From: Bythopirellula sp.
Lineage (GTDB): Bacteria > Planctomycetota > Planctomycetia > Pirellulales > Lacipirellulaceae
Length of the DNA stretch: 64,000 nt
NCBI GenBank assembly: GCA_965216565.1
Contig: OZ244170.1
Span: 3,168,001 to 3,232,000 of the forward strand
Direction: 5' to 3'
Positions 47,531 through 58,004 of this stretch are shown here, in pieces. The notes beneath the pieces were generated by a model that was not told where the DNA came from, did no database searches, and saw only the letters and a program-made list of their open reading frames with translations. The first letter of the stretch is position 1. Every line of letters starts with the position of its first letter. The translations under genes and the position numbers were made by a program.

Positions 47531-49021
47531 TTAAGAAAGTCGAAAACGCAAGCCGCTAAGCCAGGGTAATACAACGCAACCGAGCATTAATGCAGCTGTG
47601 GGTTCTGGTATCGCGGTTGTAGCTGCAACGAGCGGAGTGGCGTCGTAGCCGAATTGCTGCTGCCAGATCAGGAAATCGAGCCCATTGCTCAGTCCATCAC
47701 CATTGGCATCAGACAGTCCGTTAATACCATAGTCGCCTTCCCATTGGGCGAGATCGGCAGTATCGACATCAAGATCGGAGTCGAAGTCAGCTTCGAAGCT
47801 TGCGGGAGTGTAGAGGACAACATCGTTGCCGTCGCCGCCTTGGTAATTAACCAATAGCGGAATACCGCCCAGCACGGCGACCACGCTATCCTGCGGCTTA
47901 CCAGCGAAACTCCCCGTTAGTGTGCCACCTACGTTAATGATTTCGAACTCTTGCTGGAGCGACAATGTGAATCCGGCCGTCAGCTGTACACTAACGCTGC
48001 CCGCAAGCAGCACGTCGCCCGTGACATCAACCCAATCGAAAGAGGTCAAGCTCTTATTACCTCCCCCGTTTGACAAACCACCAAGCTGGATTTGCAGTTC
48101 GGCAATGCTCTTTTGGTCCCACAAATCATTGATCGTGTAGACTCCTGTGTCATCTGTGGGACTGAATGCATCGGGAGCAAGAACTCCAAAATCAGTCAGG
48201 TTGATGTCTTGCGACCCAGAACCGGTTACAGTGCCGAGGTTGGTTAACCGGTCAATAATGGCGCCCGGCTGTTCAACGATCGAAGCGTGATTGTTGAGAA
48301 GACCTCCTTGTTCGGTCGTGAAGAGATCAGTGGAGATGATTCCCCCCGACTCAAGGTTGGCCGTCCCACCAAAATTGACTTGCACGTCGCCAAATGCTCC
48401 CGTTACGTTCAGTGCTGCGTTGTTCCTGACATTCAACGTACTGACGCTTCCAGCGTTCGGATCACCCACGGTAACTCCTGCCTGGGCGATCAACTCGGAA
48501 GAGCTGCCGTCGATTGTCAGAGTTCCGTTAGACCCGCCTGCCTGACCCACAGAGACTCGCCCGACACTATCGACGGTACCCGCCGAATTGATTTCAAGCA
48601 TTCCGGTGCCTGCGAGTCCAATTGCCGTTGGTGTTCCTAAAATGCTCCAAGTTGCGCCGCTGACAGTTGCAGAACCAGTCGCACCAGACTGATTGCCAAG
48701 AATGGTGTCGCGGGTGGTGAGTGTTCCACCATTCTCCACTCGCAAGGAGGCCGTACCTGTGTCGCCGATAATACTGGCCAACGACTCCGCCACAACTCCC
48801 GCACCAACGACCGGCTGCCCCGAATCGATCGTAACGTTCTCGTTCAGGTCCGGAACAACGTCGGGCGTCCAATTTGCCGGCACGTCCCAATCTCCACCGA
48901 CGCTCCCATCCCAAGTCGATTGGGCATATGAGGGAGAAGCTGGGGCTGAGATCATCCAAACCAATAGGATGGGGATAACAGCGAGGGCAGGCGTGCTGGG
49001 CAATAGTCTCTGTTCGATCAT
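47531..49021 (-). CDS. PEP-CTERM surface protein with beta-strand (T5SS/PEP-CTERM-associated) repeats and dockerin-like module
   Basis: Signal peptide; W..G..GDW....NW; G/T-rich repeats; YQGGDGNDVVL; ADFD.D.DVD..DL..W...DFL.WQ.QFG; IPEP plus TM and RFR. Confidence 0.85.
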   Translation of the reverse strand: MIEQRLLPSTPALAVIPILLVWMISAPASPSYAQSTWDGSVGGDWDVPANWTPDVVPDLNENVTIDSGQPVVGAGVVAESLASIIGDTGTASLRVENGGTLTTRDTILGNQSGATGSATVSGATWSILGTPTAIGLAGTGMLEINSAGTVDSVGRVSVGQAGGSNGTLTIDGSSSELIAQAGVTVGDPNAGSVSTLNVRNNAALNVTGAFGDVQVNFGGTANLESGGIISTDLFTTEQGGLLNNHASIVEQPGAIIDRLTNLGTVTGSGSQDINLTDFGVLAPDAFSPTDDTGVYTINDLWDQKSIAELQIQLGGLSNGGGNKSLTSFDWVDVTGDVLLAGSVSVQLTAGFTLSLQQEFEIINVGGTLTGSFAGKPQDSVVAVLGGIPLLVNYQGGDGNDVVLYTPASFEADFDSDLDVDTADLAQWEGDYGINGLSDANGDGLSNGLDFLIWQQQFGYDATPLVAATTAIPEPTAALMLGCVVLPWLSGLRFRLS

Positions 49022-49598
49022 GGTGTCACTCTCAACGATCAATCGGCCTGTCGGCCTCTTAGTGCAAAACGACTTACGGCAACGAGACTGCTTATATTGC
49101 CCTATCTACACTGCTCATCCAAGCTTTTTCTTTCGAAATCTCCTGCCATAGCGTTATGTGATTAACAACGGCCTCAGGCACTTAGCCACAAATGCAATTC
49201 TTATATGCATTTACATCAACCATACATCTCGAATTCTCATATTCGTCGGGGAACGCACAGATCAAATGCGAATAAGCAAATAGCCCATTTTAACAAAATG
49301 TTAAAATCTGATAAAAACTCTGTTTGAGAAGAATAAGTAGTTTATTCGTGACCCAGAATTTGTTATGACAACTGCTAAAAATAGGCTGCAACTTGTCAGC
49401 TTACCTCTATTTCGCCAGTAGTTCGTCAAGCAAGTACTTTACGCAGGTCAACAAATCGACCGAATTTCAAAAAGCCTGGCAGGTTGTTGGCGTCAAGAAG
49501 CAAGTCGGTACTCGAGTAGAGGAGAGATTAGCAGGAAGACAGCTCACTTTCAGGATACGTCCAGCTGCAGAACTACCATTCAGGGGAGATAGGACACG

Positions 49599-51347
49599 AT
49601 GAAATTTGGAAAACACTTCTCTAGCCGATCCACAAAGAATCAACCCTTGGCACGCACCGCACTTGGGCGCCGCGCTCGAATGGAGACGTTAGAGGCACGG
49701 CGTGTGTTAACTAGCTACTTCATCGATGGAAATCACGAGTCAATTCAAGATGCAATTGATGATGCCGCCAACGACGGCAAAGAAGACACCATCTTCTTGA
49801 TGAGTGATACTTACTTCCAGAACATTCATATCCAAGATAACGATCCGCTCAAGATCATCGGTTTAGGGAACGTTGTATTAAGACCCGGCAACGGAAGTAA
49901 TGGCGACACCAGTACCATCACCGCTGGCAGCGACGACATACTATCAATCTACAACAGCGATCATGTCACACTTAAGAACTTGAAGTTCAAATACGCAGTT
50001 GACGATGCGATCGACGTCCAGGACACGTATAAGATTTCGCTCTACGACATTAGAGCCGAAGACAGCAATGATGATGGTCTCGATGCAGAGAATGTAGACT
50101 ACGTCAAAATTTACGACAGCAAGTTCAATTACAATGACGACAACGGAATTGAACTAATCAATGTTGGTTATGCTTACCTAAAAGACGTCCAAGCCAAACA
50201 CAATGGCGATTCAAATGACGATTCGGAAGTTGACCAAGTTCTTGAGGGAAGTGAAGAATCTAATGATGGCAATGGTATCTACTACGTAAACGGCGGTAGT
50301 AGTGAGCCACAAGAGGCAATTGTCAGCGCATTCTCAAACGGCTCCCCAGACGGCCACTTGGAGATCTACAGTGGCGATTACTCCAAGAATTACCGCGATG
50401 GAATTCACACTGATGGTGTGAAAACGGTTGAAATCGACACGATCTACGCAAACGATAACGGCCGAGATGGCGTCGATGTGGAAGATTATTCTCAAGACGC
50501 TGAAGAGCTTACCATCCACTACGCTGCCACAGATTCTAATGGCGACGACGGTGTTGAGTCGGACGCCGACGATGTTTCGATCACAACATTCCGCGCTTTG
50601 CATAATGATGGAGCGGGGCTGGATCTTGACTCAGGCTACGAAGCCTATATCCACAACGCCGACTTCTCACACAACGGTGGTGCTGGGCTCGATATTGATT
50701 ATGTCGAAGAAGTTGACATCGACTATATTCAGGCGAACTATAACGGCACGGACACGAACAACACCGGCTTGGACGTAGACTATGTCGACGAATTGGACAT
50801 CCACAATAGCCAATTCATTGGCAACTATGGCGACGGCATCAATGTCTACATGAATGAGTACGGTGAGACGGACATCACCTGGGTCGACTCTTCATACAAT
50901 ACCGGCGATGGAATTCACCTGCGGTATGGCTCATCCGATCTGGACGGAGTCAACACCTCCAACAATGAACAGAATGGAATCTACAGCTACAACCTGTATG
51001 ATCTCGACATTCACAATACGAGTTCTACGTACAACGATTACAACGGCCTGTTGATCGAGGGTAGCAGCAGCAACGGCCAAGATCCCGAAGGAAGCAATGG
51101 CAACGGGCACGGCTCCTTCTACGGGACAGATGTTCGCATCGAGTGGAGCGAGTTTGTCCACAACTACGAAGACGGCATCCATGCAGACCACGCGGGCAAG
51201 ATCGTACTAGATCGCATCCGCTCTTCTTACAACGGCGACGATGGTTTTGACTCCATCAATCCCGAGATTCCTGCCCATGTAATCGATTCGATTTTTGAAC
51301 ATAACTACGATGAGGATTTCAACGAAGACTTTTTCTACGGAACTTAA
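49599..51347 (+). CDS. Acidic right-handed beta-helix exported protein, paralogue A
   Basis: Basic N-terminus plus METLEARRVL; SIQDAID.A; repeated N..DG[IL].[VL] coils; very D/N-rich. Confidence 0.85.
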   Translation: MKFGKHFSSRSTKNQPLARTALGRRARMETLEARRVLTSYFIDGNHESIQDAIDDAANDGKEDTIFLMSDTYFQNIHIQDNDPLKIIGLGNVVLRPGNGSNGDTSTITAGSDDILSIYNSDHVTLKNLKFKYAVDDAIDVQDTYKISLYDIRAEDSNDDGLDAENVDYVKIYDSKFNYNDDNGIELINVGYAYLKDVQAKHNGDSNDDSEVDQVLEGSEESNDGNGIYYVNGGSSEPQEAIVSAFSNGSPDGHLEIYSGDYSKNYRDGIHTDGVKTVEIDTIYANDNGRDGVDVEDYSQDAEELTIHYAATDSNGDDGVESDADDVSITTFRALHNDGAGLDLDSGYEAYIHNADFSHNGGAGLDIDYVEEVDIDYIQANYNGTDTNNTGLDVDYVDELDIHNSQFIGNYGDGINVYMNEYGETDITWVDSSYNTGDGIHLRYGSSDLDGVNTSNNEQNGIYSYNLYDLDIHNTSSTYNDYNGLLIEGSSSNGQDPEGSNGNGHGSFYGTDVRIEWSEFVHNYEDGIHADHAGKIVLDRIRSSYNGDDGFDSINPEIPAHVIDSIFEHNYDEDFNEDFFYGT

Positions 51348-51434
51348 TCCTAAGTTCATCGCACTATGGGCTGGGTAGCCAACACTGCCTTGCTACAAAC
51401 TGGACTCTTTAATAACAACTGTGGGGAGATCATC

Positions 51435-53057
51435 ATGAAGTTCCAGAATCCTTTCAACAAGCAAAACCATCGCAGGAATCGACAGGCGAACCGCCCCGTC
51501 AGCGGACGGCGCACTCGAATGGAGACTCTTGAAGATCGTCGTGTGCTGGCCAACTACTTTGTGTTTGGCAATGGGGACTCGATTCAAGATGCAGTCAACG
51601 ACGCTGCAAATGACGGCGTGGACGATTACATTTTCTTAAAGAGTGATACTTATTACCAAGATATTAACATCAACGACAGCGATTCACTAACGATCGTCGG
51701 CTTAGGCAATGTTGTTTTGCGTCCCGGCAACAATGAGACAATGACGATCAACAACAGTGAGGATGTCACTCTTAAGAACCTCACCTTCAGAGACTCTGAT
51801 GGTGACGATGCACTTCTCGTCAATAACACGTACCGTCTTACGTTATATGATGTCCAAATCTTTGACAGCGACTTCGATGGCCTAGAAGCAAATAGTGTCA
51901 ACACCATCGATATCCACAACAGCCGTTTCAACAGGAACGGCGACAATGGCATCGAGCTGAATAATGTTGGCAATGTCTATCTTCGCGACGTTCAGGCCAG
52001 CTATAACGGCTTCAACAACGACGAAGACGGCCGCAACAATGGGGTTGCCTACATCAATGGGAGGGGCTCTGAATCCCAAAGCAACGGCTTCGGAACTTAT
52101 GCTGGTCATCTGGAAATCTACAGTGGAGATTACTCCAAGAACGGCACTGATGGCATCTATACCGAAGGCGTGGAGAAAGTAGATATCGATACGATTTACG
52201 CTAACGATAATTACGAAGATGGCGTCGACGTGGAAGATAGCTCTTACAACTATGCCGAAGAGCTAACAATTCATTACGCCGCTACCGATGCCAATGGTGA
52301 TGATGGCGTGGAATCAAATGCTGACTACGTTTCCATCGATAACTTCCGAGCATTGCACAATGACGAAGCTGGGTTGGACTTAGATGGCGGGGAAGAGGCT
52401 TACATTCATAACGCCGACTTCTCATACAATGGCGGTGCAGGACTCGACATCGACTATGTAGAAGTCGTTGAAATCGATTACATCCAGGCCATCGCAAATG
52501 GTGCCAACACCGAAAACACAGGCCTGGACGTCGACTATGTTGATGATTTGAAGATCAACGATAGCCAGTTCATTGCCAACTACGGCGATGGAATAGACGT
52601 CTACATGAACGATTACGGCGAAACTGAGATTTCTTGGGTCGATTCCTCCTACAACACTGGCAATGGAATCGATCTGCGTTATGGATCAGCTACATTGGAT
52701 GGCGTTAATACTTCCCATAATGAACGTAACGGTATTCGTTCCTATTACTTGCGAGACCTTTCGGTCAATAATACAAGTTCCACCTACAACAGCTACAATG
52801 GGTTGCTGATCGAAGGCGGAAACGGCAATGGTTCCGATTACCGTACCGATGCTAATATTTCTTGGAGCGAGTTCGCCTTGAACTATGAAGACGGTATCCA
52901 TGCGGATTACGCTGGCGAAATTATCCTGGACCGCGTCAGCGCTACGTATAACGGCGACGACGGCTTCCAGTCCTTTAACCCTGACGAGTCCGCAGAAGTG
53001 ATTGATTCGATCTTCGAGAATAACTTTGATGAAGATTTCGAAGAGATCTTTTTCTAG
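51435..53057 (+). CDS. Acidic right-handed beta-helix exported protein, paralogue B
   Basis: METLEDRRVL; collinear with paralogue A (GHLEIYSGDYSKN, AEELTIHYAATD, EAYIHNADFS identical); GGGGAG RBS before ATG at 51435. Confidence 0.85.
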   Translation: MKFQNPFNKQNHRRNRQANRPVSGRRTRMETLEDRRVLANYFVFGNGDSIQDAVNDAANDGVDDYIFLKSDTYYQDININDSDSLTIVGLGNVVLRPGNNETMTINNSEDVTLKNLTFRDSDGDDALLVNNTYRLTLYDVQIFDSDFDGLEANSVNTIDIHNSRFNRNGDNGIELNNVGNVYLRDVQASYNGFNNDEDGRNNGVAYINGRGSESQSNGFGTYAGHLEIYSGDYSKNGTDGIYTEGVEKVDIDTIYANDNYEDGVDVEDSSYNYAEELTIHYAATDANGDDGVESNADYVSIDNFRALHNDEAGLDLDGGEEAYIHNADFSYNGGAGLDIDYVEVVEIDYIQAIANGANTENTGLDVDYVDDLKINDSQFIANYGDGIDVYMNDYGETEISWVDSSYNTGNGIDLRYGSATLDGVNTSHNERNGIRSYYLRDLSVNNTSSTYNSYNGLLIEGGNGNGSDYRTDANISWSEFALNYEDGIHADYAGEIILDRVSATYNGDDGFQSFNPDESAEVIDSIFENNFDEDFEEIFF

Positions 53058-53083
53058 GCCGATTCGACACTCTTAAACTGAAT

Positions 53084-53120
53084 AAAGTAGGGCAGGCACC
53101 TTCACCTGCCCTACTTTTTT
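53084..53120. terminator. Intrinsic terminator, probably bidirectional
   Basis: AAAGTAGGGCAGG-8 nt-CCTGCCCTACTTT plus TTT, between convergent genes. Confidence 0.9.
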
Positions 53121-53133
53121 CTGCGCCCACTTA

Positions 53134-56112
53134 CTAGATTGACCGATCGCCAAGTCCACATGCCCGATGCAGTAGCTCTGCCGGGTGGAGTGCTTCGCGT
53201 CCCGTGGCATGCTTAATCTGCTGTCGACAGCTCACACCTGCCGCTACGATAGTGGTCTCAGAAGAAGCTTCACGTACAGCAGGTAGCAATCGACGTTCGC
53301 CCATGGCGAGCGAGACATCGTAGTGCTCTGCCTCGTACCCAAACGAGCCGGCCATGCCACAACATCCCGAATCGACTTCGGAGACTTCTTGACCTGCCAA
53401 TCCAAGAGTCTGTTTACTCGGTTCCGTGCCGACCAGTGCCTTTTGATGGCAATGGCCATGGAGAAGAATCTTGTCAGCTTGCTGGGGGAAATTCAAACCG
53501 AGCGAGTCTTCTTCCGAAAGCTTAGCAATGAACTCTTCGAAGGTGAATGAGTTCTCCTCGATCGCTTTCGTGCGCGGGTCATCAGGTAGCAATGAATTGA
53601 TTTCGTCTCGTAATGTCAGCAAACAACTCGGCTCGAGTCCCACGATGGGGATTCCCTGCTCTGCGTAAGGCGAGAGTTTCTCCACGCAATCGAGAACTGC
53701 AGCGCGCGCTTGATCTACGAGCCCCTTTGAGATCATCGGCCTGCCACAGCAACGGTGGCCGGGCAGAATGACCTCAAACCCGGCAGCTTCCATTAGTTCT
53801 GTGGCAGCAATGCTGACATGCGGATAGTTGTAGGTGTTCCACGTGTCGTTGAACAGCACCACTTTCCGCTTGCCAGCAGACTTGGGGCTTCGTCTCTTGA
53901 ACCAACTAGTAAATGGTTCTTCGGCGAACTGTGGCAATTGCCGTTGAGATGTGATTCCTAGCCAACGCTCCATTAGAGCGCGAATCCAACCTGTGCGTAA
54001 CACAGCGTTGGCCATCGGTGCCAGTAGACCACTTGTCCAGCGGCTAGCACGAGCCACATCGGCCATCATTCGCGACCGCAAAGGAATCGAATTCTTTTCA
54101 TAATAGCGGGCTAGAAACTCAAACTTAATCTTAGCCATGTCCACAGACGAAGGGCACTCGCTCTTACACGCCTTGCATTCGATACAAAGATCCATCGCTT
54201 CGTACATGCGGGGTTCGGTCAACGATTCGTGTGGCAAACTGCCCGACAGTGCAGCTCGCAATAGATTTGCACGACCACGCGTGCTGTGCTCCTCTTCCTT
54301 TGTGACCATATAGCTCGGGCACATCGTGCCTCCGGTCGTCTTGCGGCAAATTCCCGCTCCGTTGCACATTTCAATCGCCCGATGAAAGCCCTGATCGCCA
54401 GAAAAGTCGATCCGCTCCGGCGCTGCCGGGACGCGATAATCGGCACCAAATCGCAAATGCTCAGTCATTGGCGGTGCATCGACCACATTGCCCGGGTTGA
54501 ACAGATTATTTGGGTCGAAAGTCTGCTTCACTTGTTGGTAAAGGCCGTAGAGATCTGGTCCAAAGAACCTTTCGTTCTGCCAACTACGGGAGCGCCCGTC
54601 TCCATGCTCACTCGACCAGACTCCGCCATAGCCATGCAGTAGCTCGATAGCAAAACTCGAAATATCTGGCAGTTTGGCTACCTCTTCGGCACTCTTGGTA
54701 TTGAGCATAGGCCGAATGTGAATGCACCCAGCGCTGGCATGAGCATAATAAGCAACTTTGCTACCTAGATCGTTGCAATACTTCTCGATGCTCGTCACAT
54801 AGTCGGCTAAATGCTCAACTGGCACTGCAGAATCTTCGATAAACGGGATTGGCTTGTGATCGCCTCGTACGCTCATCATCAAGCCTAGTCCGGCTTTGCG
54901 CACTGCCCAGATGTTGCTTTGTAGTTCCGGCGTCAGGGCTTCCACAACGGTTGTGGCTGGCACTCCCTGTTGTTTCAAATGCTGCCTTAGACCGTCAATC
55001 TTGTGAGGCAATTCGCTCTCGCTCTCACCGTAGAATTCAGTGAAGAGAACACAATTGGGATCGCCTTCGACAAATGTATCTAGGAGCCTGGCGAACTGCG
55101 GGACATCTCGGCAGAATGTGATTCCCACACGATCGAACAATTCAATGGCCGAAGGGTTTGTTTCCAGAATAGTCGGCACCGCGGAGAGTGCCTCGTAGAT
55201 GTCGTTAAAGTGGACGACTGCGAGTCCTGTATGTTTGGGTACGTCGACGAGGCCAAGCTTTAGCTCTTGCATCGTAGCCAGGGTACCTTCGCTACCGCAC
55301 AGCAGCTTAGACAAGTTAAAACTCGGATCTGGCTCGCTCCTAAAATTGATCCCTTCAACTACCAGGCGATCAAGATTGTATCCTCCGCATCGGCGCCAGT
55401 GTTTGGGCGTGGTGTTTCGAATCGTTTCTCGGTTCGATTCGTCTGAGATTAGTCTGTGAATATCTCGGTAGATCTTACCTTCCAAGCTATCAAGTTGGAC
55501 CTTGCTAGTAATAGTGTTCTCTTCAACCGGGCCAAAATCTACAGTGCTCCCGTCACTTAATAGGGCTTTCACCTCCAGCACGTGATCAGCTGTCATGCCA
55601 TACATGATGGAATGGCTACCCGTTGCATTGTTGGCAACAATTCCACCCATCGCGGCGCGATTGCTGCTAGCCGGGTCTGGGCCGAACTGCAATCCTTGGG
55701 GCTGCAGTTGCATGTTCAACCGGTCGAGTACCACGCCCGGCTGCACGCGGGCCCACTTCTCTTCTGCGTTCACTTCCAAGACTTGATCAAGGTAGCGGGT
55801 GAAATCAATCACTACCGCCTCGTTGACCGTTTGCCCAGCCAGACTACTGCCGGCAGCTCTAGGCAAGATCGGCACCTGGTGCTTGGCCGCCAGTTCAATG
55901 GCCGCGTGCAACTCCTCGGCATGTTTGGGAAGCACCACGGCAAAAGGCGTCATCTGATAGATGCTGGCATCGGTACTATAAAGAACCCGACTGAAATTGT
56001 CGGAGCGAATATCTCCGCCAGTGCGTTTTGAGAGCTCAGACAGATACTCTTCCACGGCCGGCGGCAAGGGGCCGCAATTCTTGGTGCTCACCTCGGCTGA
56101 ACTAGCTGTCAT
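53134..56112 (-). CDS. FAD-binding, (Fe-S)-binding oxidoreductase (fused GlcD/GlcF type)
   Basis: YSTDASIY, R.AGSSLAGQ, GSEGTL, HAS.GC.H.RP, SEHGDG, CNGAG.C...MCPS, CIECKACKSECP, CCGR, HGHCHQ and CCGMAGSFG. Confidence 0.93.
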   Translation of the reverse strand: MTASSAEVSTKNCGPLPPAVEEYLSELSKRTGGDIRSDNFSRVLYSTDASIYQMTPFAVVLPKHAEELHAAIELAAKHQVPILPRAAGSSLAGQTVNEAVVIDFTRYLDQVLEVNAEEKWARVQPGVVLDRLNMQLQPQGLQFGPDPASSNRAAMGGIVANNATGSHSIMYGMTADHVLEVKALLSDGSTVDFGPVEENTITSKVQLDSLEGKIYRDIHRLISDESNRETIRNTTPKHWRRCGGYNLDRLVVEGINFRSEPDPSFNLSKLLCGSEGTLATMQELKLGLVDVPKHTGLAVVHFNDIYEALSAVPTILETNPSAIELFDRVGITFCRDVPQFARLLDTFVEGDPNCVLFTEFYGESESELPHKIDGLRQHLKQQGVPATTVVEALTPELQSNIWAVRKAGLGLMMSVRGDHKPIPFIEDSAVPVEHLADYVTSIEKYCNDLGSKVAYYAHASAGCIHIRPMLNTKSAEEVAKLPDISSFAIELLHGYGGVWSSEHGDGRSRSWQNERFFGPDLYGLYQQVKQTFDPNNLFNPGNVVDAPPMTEHLRFGADYRVPAAPERIDFSGDQGFHRAIEMCNGAGICRKTTGGTMCPSYMVTKEEEHSTRGRANLLRAALSGSLPHESLTEPRMYEAMDLCIECKACKSECPSSVDMAKIKFEFLARYYEKNSIPLRSRMMADVARASRWTSGLLAPMANAVLRTGWIRALMERWLGITSQRQLPQFAEEPFTSWFKRRSPKSAGKRKVVLFNDTWNTYNYPHVSIAATELMEAAGFEVILPGHRCCGRPMISKGLVDQARAAVLDCVEKLSPYAEQGIPIVGLEPSCLLTLRDEINSLLPDDPRTKAIEENSFTFEEFIAKLSEEDSLGLNFPQQADKILLHGHCHQKALVGTEPSKQTLGLAGQEVSEVDSGCCGMAGSFGYEAEHYDVSLAMGERRLLPAVREASSETTIVAAGVSCRQQIKHATGREALHPAELLHRACGLGDRSI

Positions 56113-56511
56113 CCACAATTATCCTATTTGAGATCGATATCAGACCGCTACTACGACCAGCCCATTCGTGCATCATAGATCGCGTGGCAAGGCCAATCAA
56201 CTAAGCTTTAAGTCTATTCTTCTTACTGAACCTCTGTGTAGAAACTGTGTCCTAGGCAAACAGAATCTTCGCTTATTCCATCTCAACCGCTGTCTAGAAT
56301 TCGTGTGAACCAAATCACGCAATATCAAGAACTTTCTCCGCAAAAGGAAGATTTCCTAGTGAAAGCTCGCTAGAACGAGGGAACAGACTCATCTAGGCGA
56401 GCGTGATAGAATGCTGGGCTACAGTTTCCCGGTAACCGACCACGTTAGACGCAGGTTCGCTCTAAAACAGCTTCGGGAAGACTGAGAGTTCGCGAACAGG
56501 GAAGCCCAAAC

Positions 56512-58002
56512 ATGTCGTCAGCAAACTCAACCCCATCGAACGAGAAATCCTGGTGGCGGCGTCCAGCCGGTGGCCGCGAGGTGATGATCGTTGCGCTGCC
56601 GTTGGTGGTTTCCAGCTTGTCATGGACAGTGATGACGTTTGTCGATCGCATGTTTCTCAATTCCATTTCGGGAGACTCGATGGCGGCAAGCTTCACCGGC
56701 TCGGTCGTTTGGTTTGCGCTTATTTGCTTGCCGTTGGGCGTCTGTACTTACGCCGGTACGTTCGTCTCCCAGTATTTTGGCGACCATCAGTACGACCGCA
56801 TCGGCCCCTCGATGTGGCAAAGCGTGTGGGTAGCGATTCTCTTTACACCTTTGGTGCTCCTGTGCATCCCGCTGGCGCCAATGATTTTTGGCTTTGCCGA
56901 CCACTCACCTGAGGTGACCGAAAAGGAAATCAAGTACTTTCAGATTCTCTGCACCTGTGGGCCAGCTCTGCTGATCGCATCGGGATTTTCGACGATGTAC
57001 GGAGGTCGTGGAGAAACCTGGGTGGTGATGATCGTCGACGCGCTGGCGTCGATCGTGAATCTGGTACTCGATTACTTGTGGATATTTGGATATGCCGGTT
57101 TCCCAGCTGGAGGGATTGTTGGAGCAGGATGGGCGACCGTCACAGCCATGTGGCTCAAAGTAATCATTTACGTCGTCCTCATTCTGCAACGCAAGCATCG
57201 TGAGCAGTTCAACACCCTAAGCTATCAACTAGATCGTAAGCTCTTTGGTCGGCTCATCTATTTTGGCGGGCCCAGCGGAATCCAAATGCTACTGGATGTT
57301 TCTGGCTTTACCATCTTCATCGTGCTCGTGGGCAAGCTCGGTTCGATGGAGCAAGAAGCGATGTCGATGGCTTTTAGCGTGAATACCGTGGCTTTCATGC
57401 CGATCTTTGGTATGGGAATGGCCGCGGCGATTCTGGTGGGGCAACACCTGGGGGAAAATCGCGACGATCTGGCCGCCCGTGCCACCCGAACTTCGTTGGA
57501 AGTATCGCTGGTATACATAGGTTTCATCTCTGCATTATATGCATTCACACCCAATCTATTTCTCGCCGGCTTCTTCACGGACGAAGGACCGATGACTGCA
57601 GACAAGTCGGCACTTTATCAAATGGCCGTGAACTTGATGCTCTTCGTAGCAGCTTATAGCTTGCTTGACGCGGTGCAAATGATTTACGTTTCCGCGCTTA
57701 AGGGCGCCGGCGACACGCAGTTTGTGTTGCGAACAAGTCTCGTTCTCGCAACGGTGTTTGCGATTTGCACCTGGTTAGCAGTAGAAGTTTGGAAGCTGAA
57801 CGTCTACGGCTGCTGGGCGATAGTCACTTCCTGGATTTGCCTGATGGGAGTTGTCTATTTACTCAGGTATCTGACTGGCAAATGGCGCGCTATGCGGGTA
57901 ATCGAACAAAAGCACACTGGTGTAGTGGAGGACAGTGCTCTATCAAACATTGGAATGGACGAACCGACCGCCGTCCCCGCCACCGTAAGTCCAGACGCGT
58001 AA
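56512..58002 (+). CDS. MATE family efflux transporter
   Basis: About 12 TM helices; FVDRMF, FVSQY.G, N.VLDY..IFG..G.P..GI.GA..AT, LVGQ.LG and ALKGAGDT. Confidence 0.92.
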   Translation: MSSANSTPSNEKSWWRRPAGGREVMIVALPLVVSSLSWTVMTFVDRMFLNSISGDSMAASFTGSVVWFALICLPLGVCTYAGTFVSQYFGDHQYDRIGPSMWQSVWVAILFTPLVLLCIPLAPMIFGFADHSPEVTEKEIKYFQILCTCGPALLIASGFSTMYGGRGETWVVMIVDALASIVNLVLDYLWIFGYAGFPAGGIVGAGWATVTAMWLKVIIYVVLILQRKHREQFNTLSYQLDRKLFGRLIYFGGPSGIQMLLDVSGFTIFIVLVGKLGSMEQEAMSMAFSVNTVAFMPIFGMGMAAAILVGQHLGENRDDLAARATRTSLEVSLVYIGFISALYAFTPNLFLAGFFTDEGPMTADKSALYQMAVNLMLFVAAYSLLDAVQMIYVSALKGAGDTQFVLRTSLVLATVFAICTWLAVEVWKLNVYGCWAIVTSWICLMGVVYLLRYLTGKWRAMRVIEQKHTGVVEDSALSNIGMDEPTAVPATVSPDA

Positions 58003-58004
58003 CC

